Source: Patescibacteria group bacterium (GTDB lineage Bacteria > Patescibacteriota > Patescibacteriia > XYB2-FULL-38-15). Taken from it: DNA of 64,000 nucleotides. Under the pieces are notes generated by a model. It made no database searches. It worked only from the letters and a program-made list of their open reading frames with translations, and had not been told where the DNA came from. The position numbers were made by a program, and so were the translations under genes. The stretch is taken from the NCBI GenBank assembly GCA_041650995.1, contig JBAZJZ010000002.1, positions 77,344 to 141,343 on the forward strand. Direction: 5' to 3'. This document shows, piece by piece, positions 16,994-27,248 of this stretch. Position 1 is the first letter of the stretch. Each line of letters begins with the position of its first letter.

Positions 16994-18592
16994 ATGTCTT
17001 CAAAAATTTTTTCCGCGGCGATAGTCGGACTGGACGCAGAGCTTGTGGAGGTTGAAGCCGATATTTCTCCGGGGCTCAGCCATTTTACGATTGTGGGTTT
17101 GCCAGATGCGGCGGTTCAGGAATCGCGCGAACGAGTGCGCGCTGCCATTAAAAATAGCGAATTGCCCTTTCCTCGGACGCGAGTCACGGTAAATCTCGCC
17201 CCAGCCGATTTAAAAAAAGAAGGGCCAGCTTATGATTTACCCGTTGCTATCGCCGTTCTTTTAGCTTCAAAATTTTTAGTATTACCGAAAAAAGAAGAAG
17301 ATAAAATAAAAAATTTGGAAATTTTTCCGGAAAGAAAGATTTCAACGAACCTTTTTTGTCCTGACGCTCTTTTTGTCGGCGAGCTGGCGCTTGATGGAAT
17401 TTTGCGGCCGGTGAATGGAATTTTAGCCATTGCTTCCGCTGCCAGGGCTCGCGGGATAAAAATTTTATATGTCCCCGAAGCCAACGCCCGGGAAGCAAGT
17501 TTGATTGAAAATTTAGAAATTATTCCAGTAAAAAATATTTTTCAGTTGGTCGGCCACTTAGCGGGAAAAAATTTAATTACGCCGTTTTCCCGCGAAGAAT
17601 CTTTTGATTTTAAAGATGCTACTATAAGCGATGAAGAAAATTTTGACATGGCTTATGTCCGCGGGCAAGAATATGCGAAACGCGCTTTAGAAATTGTTGC
17701 CGCCGGCGGCCACAACCTCCTAATGTCAGGTCCCCCGGGATCAGGAAAAACTTTACTTTCAAAAACATTGCCATCAATTTTGCCCGCGCTTACTATGGAT
17801 GAAGCGCTTGAAGTTACAAGAATTTATTCCGTGGCCGGAGTTTTGCCACCGGATTTGCCGCTTATAACTCGCCGGCCGTTTCGAAGCCCGCACCATACAG
17901 CCTCTAATGTATCGCTCGTAGGCGGCGGGGCTTGGCCGCGGCCAGGAGAAGTAAGTTTATCTCATCGGGGTGTTTTATTTTTGGATGAACTTCCTGAATT
18001 TAACCGCGCTGTTCTTGAAAGCTTGCGCCAGCCACTTGAAGACGGCGTTGTCACGATTTCCCGCGCCGCGGGAAGCTTACAATTTCCCGCAAAATTTATT
18101 TTGGTTGCCGCGCGAAATCCTTGCCCCTGCGGTTACAATACCGATCCAGAGAAATTATGCGTTTGTTCACCGTCGACAATTTTACGTTATCAGAAAAAAA
18201 TTTCCGGGCCACTGTTAGACAGAATTGATTTGCATATTGAAGTGCCTCGGGTAAAGTTTGAAAAATTGGCTGAAGAAAGAGTAGCGGAAAGTTCTGCGGA
18301 GATTAAAAAACGCGCGGAACGGGCGCGGGATTTGCAGCGGAAAAGATACAAGGGTTGTAAAATTTTGACGAATGCGGAATTATCCTCGAAGTTAATAAAA
18401 GATTTTTGCCAAATTGATGAACCAAGCCAGGAGTTTTTAAAAAATGCCGTGACACAGATGCGTTTGTCCGCTCGCGCCTATTATCGTTTGTTAAAAATTT
18501 CTCGGACGATCGCCGACTTGTCCGGCGAAGAAAAAATTTTGCTGCCACACGTGGCTGAAGCATTGCAATATCGCGCTAAATCGGCGGAATAA
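16994..18592 (+). CDS. comM: YifB/ComM Mg-chelatase-like AAA ATPase
   Basis: VGLPD..V.ES.ERV, GPPGSGKT, PFRSPHHT, NPCPCG. Confidence 0.95.
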   Translation: MSSKIFSAAIVGLDAELVEVEADISPGLSHFTIVGLPDAAVQESRERVRAAIKNSELPFPRTRVTVNLAPADLKKEGPAYDLPVAIAVLLASKFLVLPKKEEDKIKNLEIFPERKISTNLFCPDALFVGELALDGILRPVNGILAIASAARARGIKILYVPEANAREASLIENLEIIPVKNIFQLVGHLAGKNLITPFSREESFDFKDATISDEENFDMAYVRGQEYAKRALEIVAAGGHNLLMSGPPGSGKTLLSKTLPSILPALTMDEALEVTRIYSVAGVLPPDLPLITRRPFRSPHHTASNVSLVGGGAWPRPGEVSLSHRGVLFLDELPEFNRAVLESLRQPLEDGVVTISRAAGSLQFPAKFILVAARNPCPCGYNTDPEKLCVCSPSTILRYQKKISGPLLDRIDLHIEVPRVKFEKLAEERVAESSAEIKKRAERARDLQRKRYKGCKILTNAELSSKLIKDFCQIDEPSQEFLKNAVTQMRLSARAYYRLLKISRTIADLSGEEKILLPHVAEALQYRAKSAE

Positions 18593-18641
18593 ATATTAGA
18601 TAAATAAAAAACATCGGCGGGAATGCCGATGGTTTTATTTA

Positions 18642-20009
18642 TTATTTTATATAGTTCAAAGGATTATAAATTTTACCATTGATTCTGACTTCGAAATGGA
18701 GATGAGGGCCAGTGGAGCGGCCGGTTGAGCCTTCCAAACCAATCTCTTGGCCTCTTTTAACGGTTTCGCCATTCTTAACATAGATTGTAGTCATGTGTCC
18801 ATACAAGGTTACAACACCATCTCCGTGATCAATCATAACATTATGCCCATAGCCGGTATTTATGTATTGGACGCGAGAAACCACGCCATCGTCGGCGGCG
18901 AGAATTGGAGTGCCAGCCGGACAAGCAATATCCACACCAGTATGTCTCCATCCAAAATACTGAGAGATACGGCTACAGCCGATCGGCCAGAGCATTTTTC
19001 CGCTTGTTGGGACTGGTGTAGTTTGAGAAGGAATAGTTACGGTATTTCTGCTGGCTACAGTAGTACGCGGAGCTGGCGCCGGTGCCGGAGTCGGAACTTT
19101 CCCATCTGGCACCATGATGTATTCTCCAATTTTAATATCACTTGTGTCTGGTAGGGCGTTTGATTCTAATATTTTTTCTGCGTCAGCGCTGTAGTATTTG
19201 GCAATTTTATCCACTGTATCGCCACTTTTTACTTTATGTAATACGCCACTCGTCGGCAAAATAACAAGCTTATCGCCCGGGCGAATTGTGCTTCTTTCAG
19301 TGAGGCTATTTGCCCAAAGAATAGTATTTACGCTGATGCTAAACTTTTCGGCGATGCTGCCGATGGTGTCGCCGCCCAAAACCTGATAGTCAATAATTTT
19401 TGTCCGGCTGCCGGAATCGGCGATTGAAGAAATGTTGGGATTTAAAAGCGCGCTATCATTTTCTCTGGCAATGATTGGTAAATCGCCGGAAAAATCTTCG
19501 CTGTTTAAAGTTGCAGTAGGGAGGGAAATGCTGACATCTTCAAGATAACTTGTTGTTTTAATGCCGCCCACGTCAGCTGTTTCTTGGACAAAATCATTAA
19601 ATTCAGAATCCCCGCTGTAGGATAAGGTATAGAGAATACTTTTTTTACCGATTTGTTCAACATTTTCAAGCGAGGCCGCTTTGGCGCTTAAGCTCGATAC
19701 CGCAGAAAGAAGCGCAATCAGGGCGATGACCGTATGGGTGACGTAACGGCGGGTAAGGGGATAAATAATTTTTACCTTGATTGGCGCATAAATTTTATCC
19801 CACCCGCGGATTTTTATAAAAAAAGCAATTTTATAGATTTTTACCGCAAATGAAAAAAGGACAGTTTTGCTAAACCATGAGATTGGTTTTATGACTGTCC
19901 AGGTTAAGATGAGAACAATGAGATTTTTAAGATGTACTAATCCGTTCAACAGGCCAACCAAGAGCTTGATGCCGGCTTTTTTCAGCAAGAATAAAGCATT
20001 TTGTGCCAT
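18642..20009 (-). CDS. LysM plus M23 peptidase
   Basis: Two LysM repeats; HTGVD and STGPHLHFE. Confidence 0.93.
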   Translation of the reverse strand: MAQNALFLLKKAGIKLLVGLLNGLVHLKNLIVLILTWTVIKPISWFSKTVLFSFAVKIYKIAFFIKIRGWDKIYAPIKVKIIYPLTRRYVTHTVIALIALLSAVSSLSAKAASLENVEQIGKKSILYTLSYSGDSEFNDFVQETADVGGIKTTSYLEDVSISLPTATLNSEDFSGDLPIIARENDSALLNPNISSIADSGSRTKIIDYQVLGGDTIGSIAEKFSISVNTILWANSLTERSTIRPGDKLVILPTSGVLHKVKSGDTVDKIAKYYSADAEKILESNALPDTSDIKIGEYIMVPDGKVPTPAPAPAPRTTVASRNTVTIPSQTTPVPTSGKMLWPIGCSRISQYFGWRHTGVDIACPAGTPILAADDGVVSRVQYINTGYGHNVMIDHGDGVVTLYGHMTTIYVKNGETVKRGQEIGLEGSTGRSTGPHLHFEVRINGKIYNPLNYIK

Positions 20010-20145
20010 ATGTAATTCAATTGTAATCATACCAGAAAGGGGAGGAACTGTCAATCCCTTGGCCAGAGGTGGTTGACAAATAGGTTAAAGCGTGTTATTA
20101 TAAATCGTTAGTAAAAAAAGTTATTCCTTGCCTTATTTTGGCACT

Positions 20146-20222
20146 ATTATTCTTCGAGCGGAGCGAAGCGGAGTCGAGAAGCGGTTCTCGACTCGGACTA
20201 AAATCCTCGCTCGAACAGTAAA
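20146..20222. repeat. REP-like palindrome doublet
   Basis: TTCGAGCG..GAGTCGAGAA inverted with TTCTCGACTC..CGCTCGAA. Confidence 0.7.
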
Positions 20223-20342
20223 GAATCAAAACAAGGCTGGGAATTCCCCGGCTGGTCTTGCCTTCCGGCGAATCGGACTTGGTGCGGGCAATGGTGTCCG
20301 TGCTTTGTTCGAACTACCGGCGGGTGAGGGAGGAAAGAGACG

Positions 20343-20990
20343 ATGGCGAAGGTGACGTTGGCTCAACTGCACGAACTGGGAGAGCAGATCAAGCGCGGCC
20401 AGATTCCGGTATGGAAGGCGCGGGCCGTTTTCGGACTTTCCGAGAAGGAAACGGAAACGCCGCTTGACATGTACTTGGCTCTGACCAAGGCCGCCAAGGC
20501 CGAGCTCATGACGGCCGAGCAGCTGCAGGCGCTTCTCGAAGGGAAGGACGAGACCCTCGGGATCTTCAAGGTAACGGTGGACTACGGCCTCACCCTCGAG
20601 CAGATGATCGCCGCCGGTCGCTACAATAATTCCGGCGACGACATCAACGAGCTGACCTTCCCGGTTTCGGGCGAGGGCAAAGTAGAGCGCGAGCTCGTCC
20701 TCGTCCCCTTGCGCAATGTGGTCTCTACGGACGACGCTCTTGTTGAACTCGACCGCCGCGGCCTCCGTCCCGCGAAGATTGAGGAACTTCTGGCTTTCAG
20801 CGCTAGTCTCTCCTGGCCCTGGACGTGGTTCTCCATCGTGGCCCTCGGCCCCTCGTTCGTGGGTTGGACGGATCGTCGCTGTTTCGTCTGCCATGACAGG
20901 TGTGGCGAGGAGCTTACTCTCAGAGTGCGCAGCGACGCGAACGATTGGTGTGGCTGGACGTTCCTCGCCGTCCGCAAGGACGCCGCGTAG
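20343..20990 (+). CDS. Hypothetical protein resembling CPR DGR-target (CLec-like) proteins (GC-rich islet)
   Basis: VDY..TLEQMIAAG.Y, GLRPA.IEELLAF, IVALG and C-terminal W...FLAVRK; recognised from memory only. Confidence 0.55.
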   Translation: MAKVTLAQLHELGEQIKRGQIPVWKARAVFGLSEKETETPLDMYLALTKAAKAELMTAEQLQALLEGKDETLGIFKVTVDYGLTLEQMIAAGRYNNSGDDINELTFPVSGEGKVERELVLVPLRNVVSTDDALVELDRRGLRPAKIEELLAFSASLSWPWTWFSIVALGPSFVGWTDRRCFVCHDRCGEELTLRVRSDANDWCGWTFLAVRKDAA

Positions 20991-21103
20991 TTTGTTCTTC
21001 ATCCTGACCCTTTCGGCCTCGGCCGAGAAAGTTGGGTGGAACGGACTGCTGGACTCCTACAAGGTGTAACAACTTTGTGGGGGTCTTTTTTATATAAAAA
21101 TTT

Positions 21104-21181
21104 CCCCCTCCTCTTTGAGGAGGGGTCAGGGGTGGTGAAATTTTGTCGGAACCACCCCAGCCCCTCCTTGGAAAGGAAGGG
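21104..21181. repeat. REP-like palindrome doublet (CCCCTCC..GGAGGGG family)
   Basis: CCCCTCCTC/GAGGAGGGG, GGGGTGGT/ACCACCCC and a third hairpin. Confidence 0.65.
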
Positions 21182-21257
21182 AATAAAAGGAGACACGGGA
21201 TCTCTTTACAATTTAATGATTTTAATGTAAATTTAACAAATAATAATTAACTTGTGA

Positions 21258-21335
21258 GCAGTTATTGCCTGAGCTTGTCGAAGGCATAACTGGGTAAAAC
21301 TAAAATTTTAACCCTTCGATTTCGCTCGGGGAATA
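21258..21335. repeat. REP-like palindrome doublet
   Basis: GCCTGAGCTTGTCGAAGGC and CCCTTCGATTTCGCTCGGGG inside AT-rich inverted arms. Confidence 0.7.
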
Positions 21336-21364
21336 AAATTTTAGTTTCTCATGAAAATCAAACT

Positions 21365-23386
21365 ATGTTGTATTTTCTGCTTTTCTCTTTGGGCGCGGCA
21401 ATTTTGGCCATCGTTTTTGGGTTTCTGCTCATGCGATGGATTTTAAAACTTCCGGCCGGAGACGAAAAAATGCAATCAATTGCCAAGGCCATTCAAGAGG
21501 GGGCCAAGGCGTATTTGAACCGGCAGTACAAAACCGTGGCGGTTGTCGCGGTCGTCTTATTTATTCTGCTCCTCTTCTTGGGAATTTACGCTTCGCTCGG
21601 GTTTTTGGTTGGCGCGGCAGCTTCGGCTTTAGCCGGCTATATTGGCATGTACATTTCCGTGCGGGCCAATGTCCGGACAACCGAAGCGGCAAAGAGCGGT
21701 TTGAAAAATGCCTTGAATGTCGCTTTCCGCGGAGGCACAGTGACGGGTTTAATGGTTGTTGGTTTAGCACTTTTATCCGTGACCGGATTTTTTATGCTTT
21801 TGGTTTTTGTTTTTAAACAAGATCCAGTTTCCGCGACTAAAGCTTTGGTTGGTTTAGGTTTTGGTGGTTCGTTGATTTCTGTCTTCGCTCGTTTGGGCGG
21901 AGGAATTTATACCAAGGGCGCTGATGTCGGCGCGGACCTTGTTGGAAAAGTTGAGGCCGGGATTCCGGAAGATGATCCAAGAAATCCGGCGGTAATTGCC
22001 GACAATGTCGGTGACAATGTTGGCGATTGCGCGGGCATGGCGGCAGACTTGTTTGAGACTTATGCGGTTTCGGCGATCGCCGCGATGTTACTCGGCGTGC
22101 TTCTTTTGCCGAATTTTTCTAACGCTTTGATTTATCCGTTGCTCCTCGGTGGAGTTTCTATTATTTGTTCAATTATCGGAACATTTTTTGTCCGTCTCGG
22201 AAAAAAACAGGGGATAATGGCCGCGCTTTACAAAGGATTAGTGGCGAGCGCGGTGCTCGCGGCCGCGGCGTTTTATCCGATTACCACCTGGCTCATGAAA
22301 GGCAACGGATCTTTTGAAGTTTGGAAATTATATGTTGTGGCGCTCGTCGGAATTGTCATAACTTTTGGCATGATGGCGATTACCGAATATTACACTTCAA
22401 AAAAATATCGGCCGGTGCGGGAAATCGCCAAGGCCTCAACTACCGGACATGGGACAAACATTATCACCGGTCTAGCGATGTCTATGGAATCAACGGCTAT
22501 GCCAGTGCTTTTGATTGTCGCGGGAATTTTGGTTTCTTTCTGGCTTGCGGGAATTTACGGCGTGGCGATTGCGGTTATGACAATGTTATCTATGACCGGA
22601 ATTATTGTGGCGATTGACGCGTTTGGTCCAATTACAGATAATGCTGGCGGCATTGCGGAAATGGCTGGACTTCCAAAAGAAGTTCGCGACGTGACTGATC
22701 CACTAGACGCGGTCGGCAACACAACCAAGGCCGTGACAAAAGCTTACGCTATTGCCTCGGCCGGACTCGCGGCGCTTGTGCTTTTTGCATCTTATGTCCA
22801 TGAAATCACGGCGCTTGGATTTAAGGATAATATTTTTGATTTATCAGATCCAAAAATCATTGCAGGTTTGTTTATTGGCGGCTTGCTCCCATATTTATTT
22901 GGTTCAATGGCCATGCGCGCTGTTGGCAAAGCCGGTGGAAAAGTGGTTGACGAGGTTCGCCGACAATGGAAAGAAATCCCCGGTTTGATGGAAGGCACAG
23001 CCAAGGCTGATTACGCGGCTTGTGTGGACATTGTTACCAAGTCCGCGATCCGCCAGATGATTGTCCCTGCGCTCTTGCCGGTTGTCGCGCCGATTGCGGT
23101 GGGACTGCTTCTTGGACCAAAAGCGCTTGGCGGATTATTGGTGGGCAGCATTGTTACAGGTTTGTTTGTTGGAATTTCTATGACTTCAGGTGGCGCGGCT
23201 TGGGATAATTCAAAGAAGTTTATTGAAGAAGGAAATTATGGTGGTAAAGGATCTTTTGCCCATCAGGCGGCGGTGACAGGCGATACTGTTGGTGATCCCT
23301 ACAAAGATACGGCCGGTCCGGCGATTAACCCGATGATTAAAGTTTTGAACATTGTTGCTCTTTTAATTATTGGATTGTTAATTTAA
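21365..23386 (+). CDS. hppA: Membrane H+-translocating pyrophosphatase (likely K+-independent)
   Basis: [36 protein letters not shown]. Confidence 0.96.
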   Translation: MLYFLLFSLGAAILAIVFGFLLMRWILKLPAGDEKMQSIAKAIQEGAKAYLNRQYKTVAVVAVVLFILLLFLGIYASLGFLVGAAASALAGYIGMYISVRANVRTTEAAKSGLKNALNVAFRGGTVTGLMVVGLALLSVTGFFMLLVFVFKQDPVSATKALVGLGFGGSLISVFARLGGGIYTKGADVGADLVGKVEAGIPEDDPRNPAVIADNVGDNVGDCAGMAADLFETYAVSAIAAMLLGVLLLPNFSNALIYPLLLGGVSIICSIIGTFFVRLGKKQGIMAALYKGLVASAVLAAAAFYPITTWLMKGNGSFEVWKLYVVALVGIVITFGMMAITEYYTSKKYRPVREIAKASTTGHGTNIITGLAMSMESTAMPVLLIVAGILVSFWLAGIYGVAIAVMTMLSMTGIIVAIDAFGPITDNAGGIAEMAGLPKEVRDVTDPLDAVGNTTKAVTKAYAIASAGLAALVLFASYVHEITALGFKDNIFDLSDPKIIAGLFIGGLLPYLFGSMAMRAVGKAGGKVVDEVRRQWKEIPGLMEGTAKADYAACVDIVTKSAIRQMIVPALLPVVAPIAVGLLLGPKALGGLLVGSIVTGLFVGISMTSGGAAWDNSKKFIEEGNYGGKGSFAHQAAVTGDTVGDPYKDTAGPAINPMIKVLNIVALLIIGLLI

Positions 23387-23559
23387 GAGCTAGAAACAAA
23401 GGCTCCGCTCGCCATTTAGGCGAGCGGAGTTTTCTTTGGTTAATGTTTATTTTTCTCAAAATCTCCGCACTTTTTTGCGGGCGGTTTTTATTTAGAAAAA
23501 ATATGCAATAATTTTATTTATCCCCTTGACAAGATTTTTGTATATGTTATGATAACTTG

Positions 23560-23686
23560 TTCGGAATAAAAACCACCGGAAACCTGCAGACACGACAAGC
23601 ACGGGGGTTAATTCTGCGTTCGCTTGGCTCTGGCTCAGCAAAGCGCGGAAATAACTCTCTTGTCTGCAGATTCCCAGTGGTTTTTT
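23560..23686 (+). ncRNA. Rod-shaped ~125-nt ncRNA candidate
   Basis: TTGACA-16-TATGAT at 23526-23553; end-to-end pairing AAAAACCAC/GTGGTTTTT, CTGCAGACA/TGTCTGCAG, TTCTGCGTT/AGCGCGGAA. Confidence 0.5.
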
Positions 23687-23688
23687 GT

Positions 23689-25674
23689 TTAAAAAGTAAG
23701 AGGATTCAAGGCGGGATCAGGGATTCCGTCTGGGCTAGTTGGGACTGTTGTTGGTATTTCCGGGATGGCATTTGGAGTTGGGGCTTTTCCCACAAGGCAT
23801 ACCGCGCTCCAAGGAACGTAATGGCTTGTCCATGTTTCAGTTTTTATTTCGCCATCTTTAAAAGTAATAGTGCGGTCGAATTCCGCGTCCGCTCCAGTAT
23901 GCGCCCGCTCAGTGCATTTTTTTACCCCTGGAGCAAGGTCTGTAGTTTCAACTATTTTAGTAGGACCAGGGCTTACGAAGTTATAGATTTTGGGTTTTGT
24001 TATTTCCACTTTTCGGCCGTCAGGCGTCCCCCAAAGTTCAAAAGTCAAATCGTTGCCATCGATTTTTGTTTGGAGCAGAAGATAGGCGGGTGTATCATTA
24101 ATAAATTTTAAATCAGGGCTTGGGCTGTAAATTGTTGCATCCATTCCCGCCGGTTCATAATAGGTAACGCGGTAAGAATGCGGACGGCGTTCGGTGATAG
24201 GTACGCCAGCGTCAAGCGCTACGCGAAAAGCGGTTGTTCCAATCTGGCAAAGACCACCACCGTATTCAGGAATAGTTTTATTTCCCTTAATAACAAGTTC
24301 AGGAAGATAGCCGGTCGAGCCATCAATGCTTCCCAAAGCTTTGTTTAAAGAAAACTCTTCGCCCGGGGCGATTAAAACACCGTTTAGTTTTGCCGCGCCA
24401 ATTTTAATATTGTGGCGGCGATTTACCGGACTACCTGAGAAATCAGACGTGCCTGTTCCAACTAATTCTTGAATCCCCAAATTGTTAATAGTGCCGATCG
24501 GAATTTGCGGCGCAGTAATTGTTACAATCATTTGAATAATTTCTTTTTTATCCGGTGCGGGATTTTTTGAACAAGCAGTCGGGATTTTAGTTTCATCAAA
24601 ATTTATTAAGTAATTATTTATAAGATTGTAACTGGCCTCAATATTTAATTTTTTTCCGCCTTGATGGAGTTGGAATTCTTTAACCACGCCGTTTTCTATG
24701 GTAAATTTTGCATTCTGCGGGGCAGTATCAATTTCTTCCGCTATTTTTTTTAAATACTCTTCCATTTTTTCTCTATTCAGTCCGGCCGTTACATTATTTT
24801 GAATGATTTGAAATTCAAGATAATCTCTGATTTCATCTTGTTTGATAATCCAGGTTTTTTCCGTTTCGCCTAAGGCCAAAAAACAAAGCATCGCCAATTT
24901 TTTGGCTCGTTCAGCAGCAGACGCGGTTTCGCTTTTTTTAATTTTCGCTTTTTCCGCGGTTAGTCTCAGGGTTGTTGAAGTATCATTAAGTTGGGAAACT
25001 TTAGAGAAGGCAGCGTTGATGGCTGGCAGATAATCAAAAGTCCAGCCATCTTCTTCGTCACTGACTTCAACTCGTATTTCATTGCCGTTTGGGACAAATT
25101 GTATTTTTGCGTCTTTTGGTTGTTTTTCTAAATAACCAAAACTTTCCCGCAGAACTTCTACAATTTCTTTTTCATCAGCTTGGTATTTTAGAGGAATTTT
25201 TTGGCCAAGCAATAAAATTTTAAATTGGCTTCCTAAGTTCTTCCAAAAATTTCCGCCACGGCCGAGGTCAAAAGCCTCATCAATAGTTTCATTATTTTTT
25301 AAAGAAAAAATTGTTCGGGAAAGATCGGGGTCGTTAGCTGCCGTTACGATGGGAACGAGAGAGGCTTTTTTATTTTGATAAATAAAAATAACCCCTTCTT
25401 CATTAAATTTTTTTGTCGCCTCCGCAAGAACGATTTTTGCTTCATCCTTGGTTTTTCCCCCTAAATTTACATTGCCAACCATTATGCCAGGGTAAATTTT
25501 GTTAGAAAAAATTTTTTCGTAAGCAAACACGGTTCCGGTTGGTAAAACAATTACCAACAAAAAAATGGCGATAAAAATTTTAAGCCATTTTTTAACGACA
25601 AATTTTTTCGGAGATTCTTCGGCCGGTTTTGACGAAACGATATCTAGTGAAAGTTTAGTTTTCTTTTTGTCCAT
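23689..25674 (-). CDS. VanW family protein with PG-binding/YoaR-like repeats
   Basis: GEEFS.N, GGG.CQ..TT.F, ER.PHS, DAT...DLKF.N. Confidence 0.92.
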   Translation of the reverse strand: MDKKKTKLSLDIVSSKPAEESPKKFVVKKWLKIFIAIFLLVIVLPTGTVFAYEKIFSNKIYPGIMVGNVNLGGKTKDEAKIVLAEATKKFNEEGVIFIYQNKKASLVPIVTAANDPDLSRTIFSLKNNETIDEAFDLGRGGNFWKNLGSQFKILLLGQKIPLKYQADEKEIVEVLRESFGYLEKQPKDAKIQFVPNGNEIRVEVSDEEDGWTFDYLPAINAAFSKVSQLNDTSTTLRLTAEKAKIKKSETASAAERAKKLAMLCFLALGETEKTWIIKQDEIRDYLEFQIIQNNVTAGLNREKMEEYLKKIAEEIDTAPQNAKFTIENGVVKEFQLHQGGKKLNIEASYNLINNYLINFDETKIPTACSKNPAPDKKEIIQMIVTITAPQIPIGTINNLGIQELVGTGTSDFSGSPVNRRHNIKIGAAKLNGVLIAPGEEFSLNKALGSIDGSTGYLPELVIKGNKTIPEYGGGLCQIGTTAFRVALDAGVPITERRPHSYRVTYYEPAGMDATIYSPSPDLKFINDTPAYLLLQTKIDGNDLTFELWGTPDGRKVEITKPKIYNFVSPGPTKIVETTDLAPGVKKCTERAHTGADAEFDRTITFKDGEIKTETWTSHYVPWSAVCLVGKAPTPNAIPEIPTTVPTSPDGIPDPALNPLTF

Positions 25675-25894
25675 CTTTTTTATTTTGCAAAATTTCATTC
25701 AAGAGAGTTTTTGCCAACTTAGTTCTTTCTTCTTCATCAGATTGGTTTGTGGAAATTGAGAGGCGGAGGGCCGCTCCTTCTTTCGCGTCTTCTGGTAAAT
25801 CAAGTTTTGGCCAAAGAAGTTCCTGGCCGTCTTCAGTTTTTATTACAGCTGAATCTCCTTCAAACCTGTCAATCGCCGCTTTTATAAATTTCAT
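25655..25894 (-). CDS. DUF3006 protein
   Basis: IDRFEG..AV, LP..AKEG. Confidence 0.85.
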   Translation of the reverse strand: MKFIKAAIDRFEGDSAVIKTEDGQELLWPKLDLPEDAKEGAALRLSISTNQSDEEERTKLAKTLLNEILQNKKDGQKEN

Positions 25895-25898
25895 AAAA

Positions 25899-26336
25899 TT
25901 AAAACTCCTCTTTAACTTTAATTTGAGCATCGGAAACTGCTTTGGGTAAAACGATCGTCAAAAGGCCATTTTTCAAAGTCGCTTTTATTTTGTCCGCCTT
26001 AACATCTTCGGGTAAAACAATGGTTCTGGAAAATCCTCCCCAGTAGCATTCGCGATACAAATAATCGGAAGGGTTAATACTGGCTTCGGCCTCCCGTTTT
26101 CCGCGAATAGTTAAAAGGTCATTGTCAACCATAATGTTCAGATCATCCGGCTTGACGCCGGCCACGGTTGAACGAACAACAATTTCTTTATCATTATGAT
26201 AAACATCAACCGAAAGCTGGCCTTCATAGTCTTTTGAGAGCCAAGTATGATGTTCCTCGCCCGATTCTTTCTGAACGGGGAAAAAATTTTCCTCTTCGGG
26301 TTTTTGGTTTTTTAGTGGAAAGAGGTCTTTGAGCAT
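25899..26336 (-). CDS. Hsp20/alpha-crystallin small heat-shock protein
   Basis: LTIRG.R, G.FSR.I.LP, A.LKNGLL.I.LPK. Confidence 0.94.
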   Translation of the reverse strand: MLKDLFPLKNQKPEEENFFPVQKESGEEHHTWLSKDYEGQLSVDVYHNDKEIVVRSTVAGVKPDDLNIMVDNDLLTIRGKREAEASINPSDYLYRECYWGGFSRTIVLPEDVKADKIKATLKNGLLTIVLPKAVSDAQIKVKEEF

Positions 26337-26420
26337 AAGCTTAAAATAAGTTATCTTATTATATAAGATTTTGAAATAGTTGTCAAAATTTTTATTCTTT
26401 GTTATTATGGTAAATAACTT

Positions 26421-26498
26421 GGCCCTATCGTCTAGTCTGGTCTAGGACACCACGCTTTCAATGTGGTAACCCGGGTTCGAATCCCGGTGGGGCTACCA
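26421..26498 (+). tRNA. tRNA-Glu (TTC)
   Basis: CCACG-CTTTCAA-TGTGG anticodon arm; GGTTCGAATCC; encoded CCA. Confidence 0.95.
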
Positions 26499-26558
26499 TG
26501 ACAACATCACGTAGAACCCGTTTGGCGGGTTTATTTTTTTAGAGTAAAATACCAATAT

Positions 26559-27170
26559 ATGAAGTATAAACGTATTTGCATAGCAATATCTATCCTCGCA
26601 ATAAGCTTAGCGGGATTTTTTATTATAATTTACAAAAACAAAGAAGTTGAACTACCAAAAACAAACTTTGACACAGAAGCTCAACTTCAAAATACAAATA
26701 TTAAGTTTAAGTATCCGAAAGATGGATTCTATAATCTAGGAATTGATATAACTAATATAGCGACCAGTGAAAATTTAATAGCCGGGGTACACATCGAGTC
26801 CACCGCAGAATTTGATAGGAACGCCCAGAGCGCTTATATGGTGGCAGAGATTAAATTATTAAAGAATGATAAAAAATTTGAAGACATAGAAGAACTTGTC
26901 TCATTTTATAAAACAGATTCCGGTCTCTCGGAGTTTGAGAAAGAATATGCTAAAGAAAATGGACATGTTGTAGATATCAATGGTAACAAATATTTTATAT
27001 ATAAAGTTACGGAAGATGCTGCCGTATGGCACGCGTTAACTATTATAAGGGAAGGTATTATTGAAATTAGTTTAGCCTACACAAATAGTTTTACTCCTTA
27101 CTCTGAAGCGATATATAAAAATAATAACGGACTCTTTTTAGAAATATTGGAAAATATTAATTTTAGATAA
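26559..27170 (+). CDS. Hypothetical secreted/membrane-anchored protein
   Basis: AT-rich ORF with an N-terminal TM, next to tRNA-Glu. Confidence 0.7.
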   Translation: MKYKRICIAISILAISLAGFFIIIYKNKEVELPKTNFDTEAQLQNTNIKFKYPKDGFYNLGIDITNIATSENLIAGVHIESTAEFDRNAQSAYMVAEIKLLKNDKKFEDIEELVSFYKTDSGLSEFEKEYAKENGHVVDINGNKYFIYKVTEDAAVWHALTIIREGIIEISLAYTNSFTPYSEAIYKNNNGLFLEILENINFR

Positions 27171-27248
27171 TAAAAAAAGACCTCGGCCGCGCGTTTGGAT
27201 GACGCAGGGTCGAGGGTGTTGGGCTCCCAAGCTAGTGGACGGCGAAAG

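Noticed and set aside
20226-21002. 258-aa minus-strand ORF
   Set aside because: Antisense shadow of 20343-20990, which has the SD, promoter and family motifs
23560-23686. SRP 4.5S RNA assignment
   Set aside because: The conserved helix-8 motif (CAGG..GGAA..AGCA) is not present in recognisable form
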